From NCBI GenBank assembly GCA_002504525.1, contig DATD01000009.1, positions 43,464 through 75,463 on the forward strand: a DNA stretch of 32,000 nucleotides. The letters run 5' to 3'. The stretch comes from Methanomassiliicoccus sp. UBA345. GTDB lineage: Archaea > Thermoplasmatota > Thermoplasmata > Methanomassiliicoccales > Methanomassiliicoccaceae. Numbering within the stretch: position 1 is the stretch's first letter; each line of letters begins with the position of its first letter. The notes under the pieces were generated by a model. That model saw only the letters and a program-made list of their open reading frames with translations, did no database searches and was not told the origin of the DNA. Shown here piece by piece: positions 22,391-30,640 of this stretch. The translations under genes were made by a program, and so were the position numbers.

Positions 22391-23488
22391 TCACTCGTGG
22401 AGCACTATGTCCGCGCTCTCCACCACGGCGCGGTCGTGTCCGTTGTGGCGACCTTCCGCCTTCTCCCTCTGGCACGCCTCCACCATGGCGGCGATCTCGG
22501 TCGAGGAATTATTCACCATGCCCTTGGCGAGGCCGTTGATCCGCACCACCTCGCCCCTCTTGAAGCGCCCCTCGACCGACACGATACCGCAGGGGAGCAG
22601 GCTGTTGCCATTGCGGATAGCTTCCTCAGCGCCCTCGTCGATGTTCAGCTTTCCCCGGGGGCAGGCGAACAGTATCCATCTCTCCCTATTGGAGTAACGG
22701 ACATGGGGGGTGAACAACGTTCCCATCTCCTCCCCGTCCACGACCCTCACGATGACGTTTGGCTCGTGGCCGTTGGCAATGACCATGCTGCACCCCGACT
22801 CCATCGCCACCTTAGCGGCGTTGATCTTGGTGCGCATACCTCCAGTGGAGCGTTCGTTCTTCCGGCTCCCGGCGATGCGCTCGATGTCCTTGGTGATCTC
22901 GTCCACGGTGGGAATCAGCCTTGCATCCGGGTCCGTTTCCGGATTGCGGTCGTATAGGCCGTCCACGTCGGTGAGCAAGAGGAGCAGGTCAGCATCCATC
23001 TTGCTCGCCACCAGGGCAGAGAGCTTGTCGTTGTCGCCGAACACCTCCTCGATCTCGTCGGTGGCGATGACGTCGTTCTCGTTGACCACCGGCACCACGC
23101 CCAGCCGGAACATCTCGTCGATGGCCTTCCTCAGGTCGAGGTACCGGCCCCGGCTGGAGAAGGCCCCGTATGTGAGAAGCACCTGGCCCACGTTCATGCC
23201 GTAGCGGCGAAAGGCGTCGCGCCATGCCATCATGAGGACCCCTTGCCCCACCGCGGCGCAGGCCTGTTTCATCGCCACGTCCTTGTTCTTCCCGTCGAGG
23301 CCGAGTTCGGCGGAGCCGGAGCCTATGGCGCCTGACGTCACCACGATAGCTTCCACGTCCCTCTCGCGAAGCACCTCTATCTGTCTAGCAACGTCCTCCA
23401 GGTAGCCCTGGTCCACCGTGCCGTCGTCGCGGCAGATGGTGTTGGTGCCGATCTTCACCACCACGCGTTTGGCGTCCAGCTTCCTCAT
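22391..23488 (-). CDS. proB: glutamate 5-kinase (with C-terminal PUA domain)
   Basis: ORF 22391..23692 trimmed to ATG 23488 (MRKLDAKRVVVKIGTNTI...). It contains IVVTSGAIGSG, VVNENDVIATDE, FGDNDKLSALVA and GGMRTKINAA. ATGA overlap with the proA stop at 23485..23488. Confidence 0.92.
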   Translation of the reverse strand: MRKLDAKRVVVKIGTNTICRDDGTVDQGYLEDVARQIEVLRERDVEAIVVTSGAIGSGSAELGLDGKNKDVAMKQACAAVGQGVLMMAWRDAFRRYGMNVGQVLLTYGAFSSRGRYLDLRKAIDEMFRLGVVPVVNENDVIATDEIEEVFGDNDKLSALVASKMDADLLLLLTDVDGLYDRNPETDPDARLIPTVDEITKDIERIAGSRKNERSTGGMRTKINAAKVAMESGCSMVIANGHEPNVIVRVVDGEEMGTLFTPHVRYSNRERWILFACPRGKLNIDEGAEEAIRNGNSLLPCGIVSVEGRFKRGEVVRINGLAKGMVNNSSTEIAAMVEACQREKAEGRHNGHDRAVVESADIVLHE

Positions 23489-24774
23489 TCCAACCGCCTG
23501 TGGGTGAACTTTCGGGCGTTCGTTCCTGTGTAGTCCGCGACAACGTGACCGGCTCCGGCCAGGCGGTACTTGTATATGACCAGGCCTTCCAGTCCTACCG
23601 GTCCACGCGCGTGGGTCTTGTTCGTCGATATCCCGACCTCCGCGCCAAGGCCGTATCGGTAGCCGTCGGCAAAGCGGGTGGAGGCGTTCCACATGACCGA
23701 GGAGGAGTCGACGAGGTCGAGGAACCTGTTCGCCGCAGCAGCATCGGCGGTGATAATCGCGTCGGTGTGATGGGATGAATATCGATTGATGTGCTCGATC
23801 GCCTCGTTCACCGAACCGACCATCCGTATGCTGAGCACCAGGTCCCCATACTCGGCCGACCAGTCGTCCTCGGTCGCTGGTTCGGCGCTGATGATGCTGC
23901 GCACCTCCTCATCGCCCTTCAGCCTCACCCCGGCCTCGGCGTACCGGGCTGCCATCTTCGGGAGGAACGCTTCGGCCACGTCGCGATGCACCAGCAGCGT
24001 CTCCATGGCGTTGCACACCGCCGGATACTGCACCTTGGCGTCATAGCATACACTGACCGCCATCTCCAGGTCGGCCGCCTTGTCCACATAGGTGTGGCAT
24101 ATGCCGGCGGCATGTCCGAGCACGGGGATGCGGGTAGAATTCTTGATCGAACGGACCAGCTCATTGGAGCCGCGGGGAATGATCAGGTCGATGAGGTCAT
24201 CATGCCGCAGGAGCTCCTGGAACTGCTCTCTGGTCGAGAGAAGCTGCACGGCATTGCGGAAGCGCTCGTCGACGGACGCCGCCGCCTCCACAATGGTGCG
24301 GGCCAGTATCTCGTTGGTCCCCTTGGCCTCGACACCGCCCTTCAACAGGACGGCGTTGCCGGACCTCAGGCACAGGCAGGAGATCTGTACCAGCGCCTCG
24401 GGGCGGGACTCGAACACCACGCCGATGACGCCGATGGGGCAGGAGACCTTGTCCAGGACCAGGCCATCGTCCAGTTCCGTCCTGGACAGCAACTTGCCGA
24501 CCACGTCCTCCTGCTCCATGAGCGAGCGGATGGAGCGGACCGATTCCTCGATCTTCTCCTCGTCGTACCGGAGTCGCTTGATCATGACCGGCGAAATCTT
24601 GGCGGCCTTGGCGGACGCGAGGTCCTTCTGATTGGCCTCCACGATCTCCTCCATGTTCGCCTTAAGCGCCTCGGCTATCCTGAGGAGAGCGTCGTTCCTC
24701 GTCCCCAGGTCCAAGCTTGACAGCTCATAGGAGGCGTCCCGTGCAAGTTGCGCCGCAATTCTGACAGGGTCCAT
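23485..24774 (-). CDS. proA: glutamate-5-semialdehyde dehydrogenase
   Basis: 429 aa. It contains IVEANQKDL, IGVIGVVFESRPEALVQISCLCLRSGNAVLLKGG, the catalytic Cys context AVCNAMETLLVH, and YSSHHTDAIIT. Confidence 0.92.
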   Translation of the reverse strand: MDPVRIAAQLARDASYELSSLDLGTRNDALLRIAEALKANMEEIVEANQKDLASAKAAKISPVMIKRLRYDEEKIEESVRSIRSLMEQEDVVGKLLSRTELDDGLVLDKVSCPIGVIGVVFESRPEALVQISCLCLRSGNAVLLKGGVEAKGTNEILARTIVEAAASVDERFRNAVQLLSTREQFQELLRHDDLIDLIIPRGSNELVRSIKNSTRIPVLGHAAGICHTYVDKAADLEMAVSVCYDAKVQYPAVCNAMETLLVHRDVAEAFLPKMAARYAEAGVRLKGDEEVRSIISAEPATEDDWSAEYGDLVLSIRMVGSVNEAIEHINRYSSHHTDAIITADAAAANRFLDLVDSSSVMWNASTRFADGYRYGLGAEVGISTNKTHARGPVGLEGLVIYKYRLAGAGHVVADYTGTNARKFTHRRLE

Positions 24775-24874
24775 GGCGGCCCGAAAAATCTATCTCAGGG
24801 CCATATACCTTTCGCTCGAAAGAGCTTGGCCGCGTCACGGCTCGCGGAGGCCGAATGACGGCCGCCGAGCAGAT

Positions 24875-24900
24875 GAAAAAGGGAAGGAAGGGGTTTTCCA
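24875..24900 (-). terminator. pyrimidine/T-tract terminator candidate after tal
   Basis: The minus strand immediately after the TAG stop reads tggaaaaccccttccttcccTTTTTcatc. Oligo-T tracts are the usual archaeal termination signal. Confidence 0.35.
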
Positions 24901-25548
24901 CTACTTCTTCGGCACCTTGGCCCAGTCGTCCTGGAACCGCTTGATGCCGATGTCCGTCAGAGGATGGTTGAACATCTTCTTCAGCACGTCGTAGGGGATG
25001 GTGGCGATGTGCGCGCCCATCCTGGCGGCCTGCGTGACATGGATCGGATGGCGAATCGACGCGACGATGACCTCGGTGTCGAAATCGTAGGAGTCAAGGA
25101 TGTCCATGATCTCGGAGATGAGCCTCATGCCGTCCTCCCCCACGTCGTCGAAGCGGCCCACGAACGGCGAGATGTATTTCGCCCCGGCCTTGCAGGCCAG
25201 CAGCGCCTGGGCGGCGGAGAAGACGAGCGTCATGTTGACCGGTATGCCCTCGTCGGACAGCATCTTGGTGGCCTTCAGCCCCTCTTCGGTCATGGGGACC
25301 TTGATCACGACGTTCTTGTTGATGGCGGCGAGCTTGCGAGCCTCCACTACCATGTCCGACGCCTTGACGCTCATGACCTCGGCGCTGATCGGCCCGTTCA
25401 CGATCTTGCATATCTCGCCCACCAGGGCTTCGAAGTCGGTGTTCTCCTTGGCTATCAGGCTGGGATTGGTGGTAACGCCGTCCAGGATGCCCCAGCTGTT
25501 CACTTCACGGATCTTTTCCAGGTTAGCGGTGTCGATGAAGATCTTCAT
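24901..25548 (-). CDS. tal: transaldolase (type 3B) / fructose-6-phosphate aldolase family
   Basis: ORF 24901..25902 trimmed to ATG 25548 ([31 protein letters not shown]). The Schiff-base lysine context is VVIKVPMT, and [10 protein letters not shown] is present. 215 aa. ATGA overlap with the upstream stop. Confidence 0.9.
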   Translation of the reverse strand: MKIFIDTANLEKIREVNSWGILDGVTTNPSLIAKENTDFEALVGEICKIVNGPISAEVMSVKASDMVVEARKLAAINKNVVIKVPMTEEGLKATKMLSDEGIPVNMTLVFSAAQALLACKAGAKYISPFVGRFDDVGEDGMRLISEIMDILDSYDFDTEVIVASIRHPIHVTQAARMGAHIATIPYDVLKKMFNHPLTDIGIKRFQDDWAKVPKK

Positions 25549-26492
25549 TGTCTCTTCCTCCGGATGACTTCCTCCGCGGCAAGGGCGATCCTCTCCGCGG
25601 TGAGGCCGTAACGGCGCATCAGTTCCTCGCTCTCGCCCGATTCGCCGAAGCAGTCGGGCGTTCCGATCATCTTCATGGGGGTGGGGAGGTTCTCTCCCAG
25701 CACCGAGGCCACAGCGCTTCCCAGTCCGGTGGTTATGCTGTGTTCCTCGGCCGTCACGACCGCGCCGGTCTTCTCCGCCGAGCGCAGCAAGGCCTCCTCG
25801 TCCAGCGGCTTTATGGTGGACATGTTGACCACCTCGGCCTCGATCCCCCTCTTCTGCAGCTCCTCCGCAGCGTCCATGCAGGCGGCCACCATCTGGCCGC
25901 ATCCAACGAGCGTGACATCGGAGCCTTCCCTCAGCACGGTGGCCTTGCCGATGATGAAATCCGACTCCATGGAGGTGAGCATCGGCACGTCAGCACGTCC
26001 AAGACGGACGTAGCAGGGACCGCACAGGTCCGCTGCGGCCTTCACCGCCTTGTACGCCTCGATGCCGTCGGCCGGCACGATGACGGTCATGTTGGGCAGC
26101 GACCGCATCAGGCCGATGTCCTCCAGCGCCTGGTGGGAGGCACCGTCACCGCCCACGGTGATGCCGGCGTGCGTCGCGACGATCTTGACGTCCAGATTGG
26201 GATAGGCGATGGACTGCCGGATCTGGTCCCAGCACCGTCCGGTGGCGAAGACCGCGAAGGTGGATGCAAAGACCACCTTGCCGCTGGCGGCGAGGCCGGC
26301 GGCGGTCCCCATCATGTTCTGCTCTGCAATGCCGCAATTGAAGAACCTCTCCGGGAACTTCTTGGCGAACTCCACGGTCCTGGTGCTCGACGACAGGTCC
26401 GCGTCCAGCACGACCACGTCGGTGCGGGTCTTCCCCAGTTCGGTCAAAGCGTTGGCGTATTCCTTCCTCTGGCTGGTGTAGACCCACTTCAT
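25545..26492 (-). CDS. transketolase, C-terminal (pyrimidine-binding) subunit
   Basis: 315 aa. It contains [19 protein letters not shown] and [34 protein letters not shown] overlap with the N-terminal subunit gene. Confidence 0.92.
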   Translation of the reverse strand: MKWVYTSQRKEYANALTELGKTRTDVVVLDADLSSSTRTVEFAKKFPERFFNCGIAEQNMMGTAAGLAASGKVVFASTFAVFATGRCWDQIRQSIAYPNLDVKIVATHAGITVGGDGASHQALEDIGLMRSLPNMTVIVPADGIEAYKAVKAAADLCGPCYVRLGRADVPMLTSMESDFIIGKATVLREGSDVTLVGCGQMVAACMDAAEELQKRGIEAEVVNMSTIKPLDEEALLRSAEKTGAVVTAEEHSITTGLGSAVASVLGENLPTPMKMIGTPDCFGESGESEELMRRYGLTAERIALAAEEVIRRKRQ

Positions 26493-27334
26493 AGCGATTC
26501 CCCCAGCTCTTTCAGGGCGATGCGATACTCGTCCGGGTTCGGAGCCTTTCCGTGGAACGCCACCGCCCCCTCCATGAACGAGACGCCCTTTCCCTTCACG
26601 GTATGGGCGATGATCATGCTCGGCTTTCCCTTGACCTGGGTGACCTTTTCGCAGGCCTCCAGGATCTGGCGTATGTCATGTCCGTTGATCTCCAGCACGT
26701 TCCATCCGAATGCGCGCCACTTGTCGGCTAGCGGCTCCAACGACATGACCTTCTCAGTGGGCCCATCGATCTGCATCATGTTGCGGTCGACGAAGGCGGT
26801 GATGTTGTCCAGCTTGTAATGGGATGCCAGCATGGCGGCCTCCCAGTTCTGCCCCTCTTCCATCTCCCCGTCGCCGCACAGGCAGTAGATGCGGTTGGAG
26901 CGGCGGTCCAGCTTGGCAGCCAGGGCCATACCGTTGGTCACGCTGAGACCCTGCCCCAGGGAGCCGGTGGACATCTCCACTCCGGGGGTCTTCTGGCGGC
27001 ATGGATGCCCTTGAAGGTGTGACCCGAGCTTGCGCAGCGTCAGGAGATCCTCCACCGGGATGTAGCCTGCCTCGGCCAGAGCAGCATAGTAGGCAGGCGC
27101 GGCGTGGCCCTTGGAAAGCACCAGGCGGTCACGGTCCTCCCATTGGGGGTCCTCGGGCCGGTGGTTCATCACCTTGAAGTAGAGCGAGGAAAGGATATCA
27201 GCATAGGACAGCGAACCGCCGGGATGGCCGGATTGGGCCGTGAACGTCATCTTGATGATGTGACGGCGTATGATGTTCGCCTTTGACTCCAGCATTTGAA
27301 TGGTTGCGTCATCATATAAAGGCAAATTTGGCAC
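26489..27334 (-). CDS. transketolase, N-terminal (thiamine diphosphate-binding) subunit
   Basis: 281 aa. It contains SGHPGGSLSYADIL, LSKGHAAPAYYA and the TPP motif CGDGEMEEGQNWEA. The first codon in the track is GTG 27334. ATG 27295 (MLESKAN...) is an alternative, with CTTTATATG at 27313..27321 about 20 nt upstream. Confidence 0.9.
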   Translation of the reverse strand: MPNLPLYDDATIQMLESKANIIRRHIIKMTFTAQSGHPGGSLSYADILSSLYFKVMNHRPEDPQWEDRDRLVLSKGHAAPAYYAALAEAGYIPVEDLLTLRKLGSHLQGHPCRQKTPGVEMSTGSLGQGLSVTNGMALAAKLDRRSNRIYCLCGDGEMEEGQNWEAAMLASHYKLDNITAFVDRNMMQIDGPTEKVMSLEPLADKWRAFGWNVLEINGHDIRQILEACEKVTQVKGKPSMIIAHTVKGKGVSFMEGAVAFHGKAPNPDEYRIALKELGESL

Positions 27335-27418
27335 CTCAGGAAGAGTGGGGTTCGGTCAATAAACGGGCTGACATTAAAAAGCTTTCCCGTTTCATGTCAG
27401 ATTGCCAGGTCCGTCAGG

Positions 27419-27442
27419 AAAAAGGGAAAACGTCCGCGGACG
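27419..27442 (-). terminator. palindrome plus T-tract downstream of the PCNA gene
   Basis: CGTCCGCGGACG is a perfect 12-nt palindrome at 27431..27442. On the minus strand it is followed directly by TTTTCCCTTTTT (27419..27430), about 30 nt after the PCNA stop. Confidence 0.5.
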
Positions 27443-27471
27443 GAAAGGGGTTTGCCGAGAAGGGGTTTGTC

Positions 27472-28209
27472 TCAGTCGCTCTCGATCCTGGGGGCCAAGA
27501 GATACATCACTGAGCCCTTCTTGTCAGCAACCTCGAACTCCAGCTTGACCGGGTAGTCGCTTCCCAAGTTGATGGAGACCACTGAACCGGCCGAGATCGA
27601 GCGGACCATGTTGGAGAAGTAGTCCAGGGGGAACAGGCTCCTCACCTTCTCCTCGCACTCCAGTGAGATCAGGAGGTCCTTGGGCAGGCGAAGGGTCACC
27701 GAATCGGTGTCTCCTTCGGAGTACATCTCGAAGCCCTCGGGAGTGGCGGTGAGCGCTATGTGATCGCTGACCGACTCAGCAGCGCGGATGCCCTTCTGCA
27801 GCTCATCGGAAGTAACGGCCACCACGGTCGGGAGCGCTAGGTTCGGTACGCGGGGGTCGCTCATCCCGGTGATGTCCACCAGGTTCATGCGGCGGGTGAT
27901 GTTCCCGACGTGGAGGACGAGGCGGTTCTTCTCCTCGTCCTGCTCCATCTCGATGATGTCGCCGGACCGGGCCAGCCTGAGGACCTCCTTGATCTTGTCC
28001 AGGTCCACGCCCAGCTCGGTCTCGTCCGCGGAGAACTCCTCGAAAGCGGCGCTCCCCACCGTCATCTCGATCATGGCCACATGCGCGGGGTCGACCGCCT
28101 TGAGGTCGAAACCGTCAGCGTTGATGTTGAATTTGGCCTCGTCAACCAGCGTGGAGACCACGTCGACTATTCCCTTAAGGGTCTCCGATTTTATCTTTGC
28201 ATGAAACAT
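27472..28209 (-). CDS. pcn: DNA polymerase sliding clamp (PCNA)
   Basis: 245 aa. It starts MFHAKIKSETLKGIVDVVSTLVDEAKFNINADGFDLKAVDPAHVAMIEM and ends with the conserved YLLAPRIESD. Confidence 0.93.
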   Translation of the reverse strand: MFHAKIKSETLKGIVDVVSTLVDEAKFNINADGFDLKAVDPAHVAMIEMTVGSAAFEEFSADETELGVDLDKIKEVLRLARSGDIIEMEQDEEKNRLVLHVGNITRRMNLVDITGMSDPRVPNLALPTVVAVTSDELQKGIRAAESVSDHIALTATPEGFEMYSEGDTDSVTLRLPKDLLISLECEEKVRSLFPLDYFSNMVRSISAGSVVSINLGSDYPVKLEFEVADKKGSVMYLLAPRIESD

Positions 28210-28283
28210 TGATTTCCCCCAAAGCTGATGAGTTCAAGGTAAACGCGTTGTCGGTAATATAAATTGCTTACAGGCGCGCTGGG

Positions 28284-28619
28284 TCAATAGGCGCGCCACT
28301 TGTGGCCACAGGCTACGCAGGTGAGGAAGGTGGTCTCCGGCTCATCGGACTTGCGGGTCTGCCTGAGATACCAGTATGCCTTGCTGTGAGCGCACTTGGG
28401 GCAGGTCGCGTCGGTGGTCGGCATGATGCTTTCCGCAGATCCGACCACGGGGCAGTCCTCCACGTCCTTCTTCGTCATCTCCGTTCGGATGGAAGTGGTC
28501 GCTCCCTTCGTCAGATTGGACACATCCTCTTTGCAAGCGCATTCGGGTTTGCTGCACACAAGCTCGGTCTTGCCTTTTTCCTTAGGGCGCATTATGCTTC
28601 CGCACTTGGGACAGAACAT
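28284..28619 (-). CDS. tfs: transcription factor S (TFIIS-like cleavage factor / RpoM family)
   Basis: 111 aa. The N-terminal Zn ribbon is CPKCGS...CSKPECAC. The C-terminal TFIIS-type ribbon is CPKCAHSKAYWYLRQTRKSDEPETTFLTCVACGHKWR, with the acidic DE hairpin. TTTTATAG (28648..28655 on minus) lies about 30 nt upstream. Confidence 0.9.
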   Translation of the reverse strand: MFCPKCGSIMRPKEKGKTELVCSKPECACKEDVSNLTKGATTSIRTEMTKKDVEDCPVVGSAESIMPTTDATCPKCAHSKAYWYLRQTRKSDEPETTFLTCVACGHKWRAY

Positions 28620-28681
28620 AATAAACGGTTTCTCGGAAATGATGCATCTATAAAAGGGTTCTGAACGACCGTGTGAAGGAG

Positions 28682-29581
28682 CTAAATGAACTCCCAGTCA
28701 CGTTCATCCTCAGCGGTCCTGGCTCTGGTGGAACGCTCCTCTTCCGCCGCCCGGCGGACCTTTCGCTCCAGCTCCCTCTGCTGAGCGACCATGCCCTGCG
28801 CCCTGTCCCGGAGGAGGCGCCTCTGATCATTGGTGAGGGAATCGAACAGCTCATCGTCGTACATCGCCTTGCGGAACGAAGGCGGAGAAGAGGTGTCCTC
28901 GTTGGAGCCGACTATGGCGTCCAGATCGGAGAAGCCCCGCTCCGCCCTCCTGGTCCGCGACGGAGCGGTCTGGAAGGTATTGCCTTCCAGGACCACGGTG
29001 GTGCTGCTGCCCCGGCTCATCTTCGCCAGGAGTTCCAGCTCGCGGCGGTTCTGCAGGGACAGCACCCCTCCGATGTATGCGAACGCCACCGTGATGATGT
29101 AGCTGTCGAAGCCCAGCTCGGTGGCGGTCTGCAGAGAGGAGAAGAACGACGTCAGGTACATGTTGACGAACTCAAGATAGGGCTGGACCACTGGCATGAA
29201 GGTCCCTATGAACAGCATCATGGCCGATGGGGAGAGGTCTATGCCGAACCATACGGTGGGGACGATGCCCATCGCCACCAGCTCATCGATCGCAAAGAAG
29301 AACGCCACCGGGATGATGGCGGCTACCATCCCCTTCCACGGGGAGCCGGCCCTTCTACCTCCAACGTAGCCAGCGATCATCTGCCCGAACACGGGCAGCC
29401 ACCAAAGCAGGAGGGACAGGCCGAACGTGTACTTCACGGCGCTCCAGAAGCTGTACACGATGGGGCCGTCGAACTCCCTGGCCTCCACGTCGTCATACGT
29501 GTCGGAGAGATGATAGACCCCGTTGCGGACCAGCGAGCTGGTCGCCTCGTCACGTATTCTAGAGCGTTTCCTCAAGTGCAT
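28682..29581 (-). CDS. hypothetical membrane protein with long charged C-terminal tail
   Basis: 299 aa. Residues about 45-190 hold 4-5 hydrophobic segments (FGLSLLLWWLPVFGQMIAGYV, MVAAIIPVAFFFAIDELVAMGIV, and others). The C-terminal 100 or so residues are R/E/D-rich (RRLLRDRAQGMVAQQRELERKVRRAAEEERSTRARTAEDERDWEFI). I recognise no family. Confidence 0.6.
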   Translation of the reverse strand: MHLRKRSRIRDEATSSLVRNGVYHLSDTYDDVEAREFDGPIVYSFWSAVKYTFGLSLLLWWLPVFGQMIAGYVGGRRAGSPWKGMVAAIIPVAFFFAIDELVAMGIVPTVWFGIDLSPSAMMLFIGTFMPVVQPYLEFVNMYLTSFFSSLQTATELGFDSYIITVAFAYIGGVLSLQNRRELELLAKMSRGSSTTVVLEGNTFQTAPSRTRRAERGFSDLDAIVGSNEDTSSPPSFRKAMYDDELFDSLTNDQRRLLRDRAQGMVAQQRELERKVRRAAEEERSTRARTAEDERDWEFI

Positions 29582-29687
29582 GTCCCATCCCGGGTCGGAC
29601 GAATGTCCGACATGGTGGGCTATGCCTTGATGACTATAAATCGTTTATCGCCACGTTATTATATCCAGCACAAGAATGATCATTCCC

Positions 29688-30047
29688 TCAGCGAGGTATG
29701 AAGAAGAGCATCCCATTGGCCTCGAGGGCCCGGCGGGTACTCTCCACCGTCACCGAGGCAGGGACCGTCTGATGGCTCAAGATGTCATCCATCGGATATT
29801 CCAGAAATTCAGCGAACGCCTTGAGGCGATCGATGGGGAATGGCTGCTTTCCTACCAGGATCTGCCTTATGCTCCATCCCGGATGCACCCGGGACCGATA
29901 TCCCAGCTCCCTTCCCAGTTGGTTGATGCTGCCCGCTTTGTCGATGCCCATCTTGATAAGCATGACGCGGAAGCCCGAAGCAAGCCAGACCTTGGCAGGT
30001 GGGGCTTTCTCCCAACCATGGTTCGATATAGCTACGTTCTCGGACAC
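29688..30047 (-). CDS. XRE-like helix-turn-helix protein (tentative)
   Basis: 119 aa with a GTG start. INQLGRELGYRS...SIRQILVGKQPFPIDRLKAFAEFLEYPMDDIL follows the XRE HTH pattern. GGTTATTAAAC lies about 28 nt upstream on the minus strand. An in-phase antisense ORF (29676..30050, +) competes, and my codon-position GC sample did not separate the two. Confidence 0.5.
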   Translation of the reverse strand: MSENVAISNHGWEKAPPAKVWLASGFRVMLIKMGIDKAGSINQLGRELGYRSRVHPGWSIRQILVGKQPFPIDRLKAFAEFLEYPMDDILSHQTVPASVTVESTRRALEANGMLFFIPR

Positions 30048-30206
30048 TAGAAATCGCGAGAACGACCACGTTTAATAACCCTTCCCTTTTCCCTTGCTAT
30101 AAATTGGATTTTTCCATCAGCGACGATCTGGCTCTTCCGAGGAGCGATTTTGGCATTTCCATCATTTACTTATACTTGCCCTTTGGTAGCGGTCCTAGAT
30201 TTGGGT

Positions 30207-30629
30207 ATGGGGAACCATAGAAGGATAATACAGATAAGAACAGAGGCGGAGGGCCGCATCGTCGACCTCACCGCCTCGCTGACGGATGCCCTCCGAGAAT
30301 CGGGTCTCCGGGAGGGACTCCTGTGCGCGTTCGTTCCCCATTCCACCTGTGCCCTGTTCACCATAGAGAACGAGGACGGCCTGCAGAAGGACATGCGCGA
30401 CGCCCTCCAGCGGCTGATACCCAAGGAGATGGACTATGACCATCACCGCCGCTGGGGAGATGGCAACGGCCATTCCCACATCCGCTCAGCGTTCCTCGGC
30501 CCGTCCCTGGTCATCCCCTTCCATCAGGGCAAGCTCGACCTGGGCACCTGGCAGCAGCCGGTGCTCATGGAGCTGGACGTTCGAGGGAGGGACCGAGAAG
30601 TGATAATACAGATCCTAGGAGATCATTAG
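30207..30629 (+). CDS. yjbQ: YjbQ/UPF0047 family protein (secondary thiamine-phosphate synthase enzyme)
   Basis: ORF 30150..30629 trimmed to ATG 30207 (140 aa, the usual family length). It contains IVDLTASLTDAL, LLCAFVPHSTCALFTIENED, DGNGHSHIRSAFLGPSLVIP and LDLGTWQQPVLMELD. Confidence 0.85.
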   Translation: MGNHRRIIQIRTEAEGRIVDLTASLTDALRESGLREGLLCAFVPHSTCALFTIENEDGLQKDMRDALQRLIPKEMDYDHHRRWGDGNGHSHIRSAFLGPSLVIPFHQGKLDLGTWQQPVLMELDVRGRDREVIIQILGDH

Positions 30630-30640
30630 GAGGCAATAAT

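Noticed and set aside
25548-26819. 423-aa + strand ORF, plus similar long antisense ORFs (5110..6192, 8259..9113, 13277..14227, 17394..18239, 23791..24720, 30878..31801)
   Set aside because: All are R/G/H/D/P-rich without motifs. Each lies opposite a confidently identified enzyme gene (transketolase, lysA, dapA, MscS, thiL, proA, beta-CASP RNase).
27283-27513. 76-aa + strand ORF spanning the tkt/PCNA intergenic region
   Set aside because: It overlaps the 5' end of the transketolase gene and the 3' end of the PCNA gene on the opposite strand. The middle is better explained by the PCNA terminator and the tkt promoter.
29676-30050. 124-aa + strand ORF exactly antisense and in phase with the XRE-like minus-strand ORF
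   Set aside because: My sample of GC by codon position (29791..29880) did not discriminate (about 59% versus 63% at the respective third positions). The minus-strand product has an XRE HTH pattern, a TATA-like box at about -28 and the same orientation as its neighbours. The + product has no recognisable features. I kept the minus-strand call at only 0.5 confidence.
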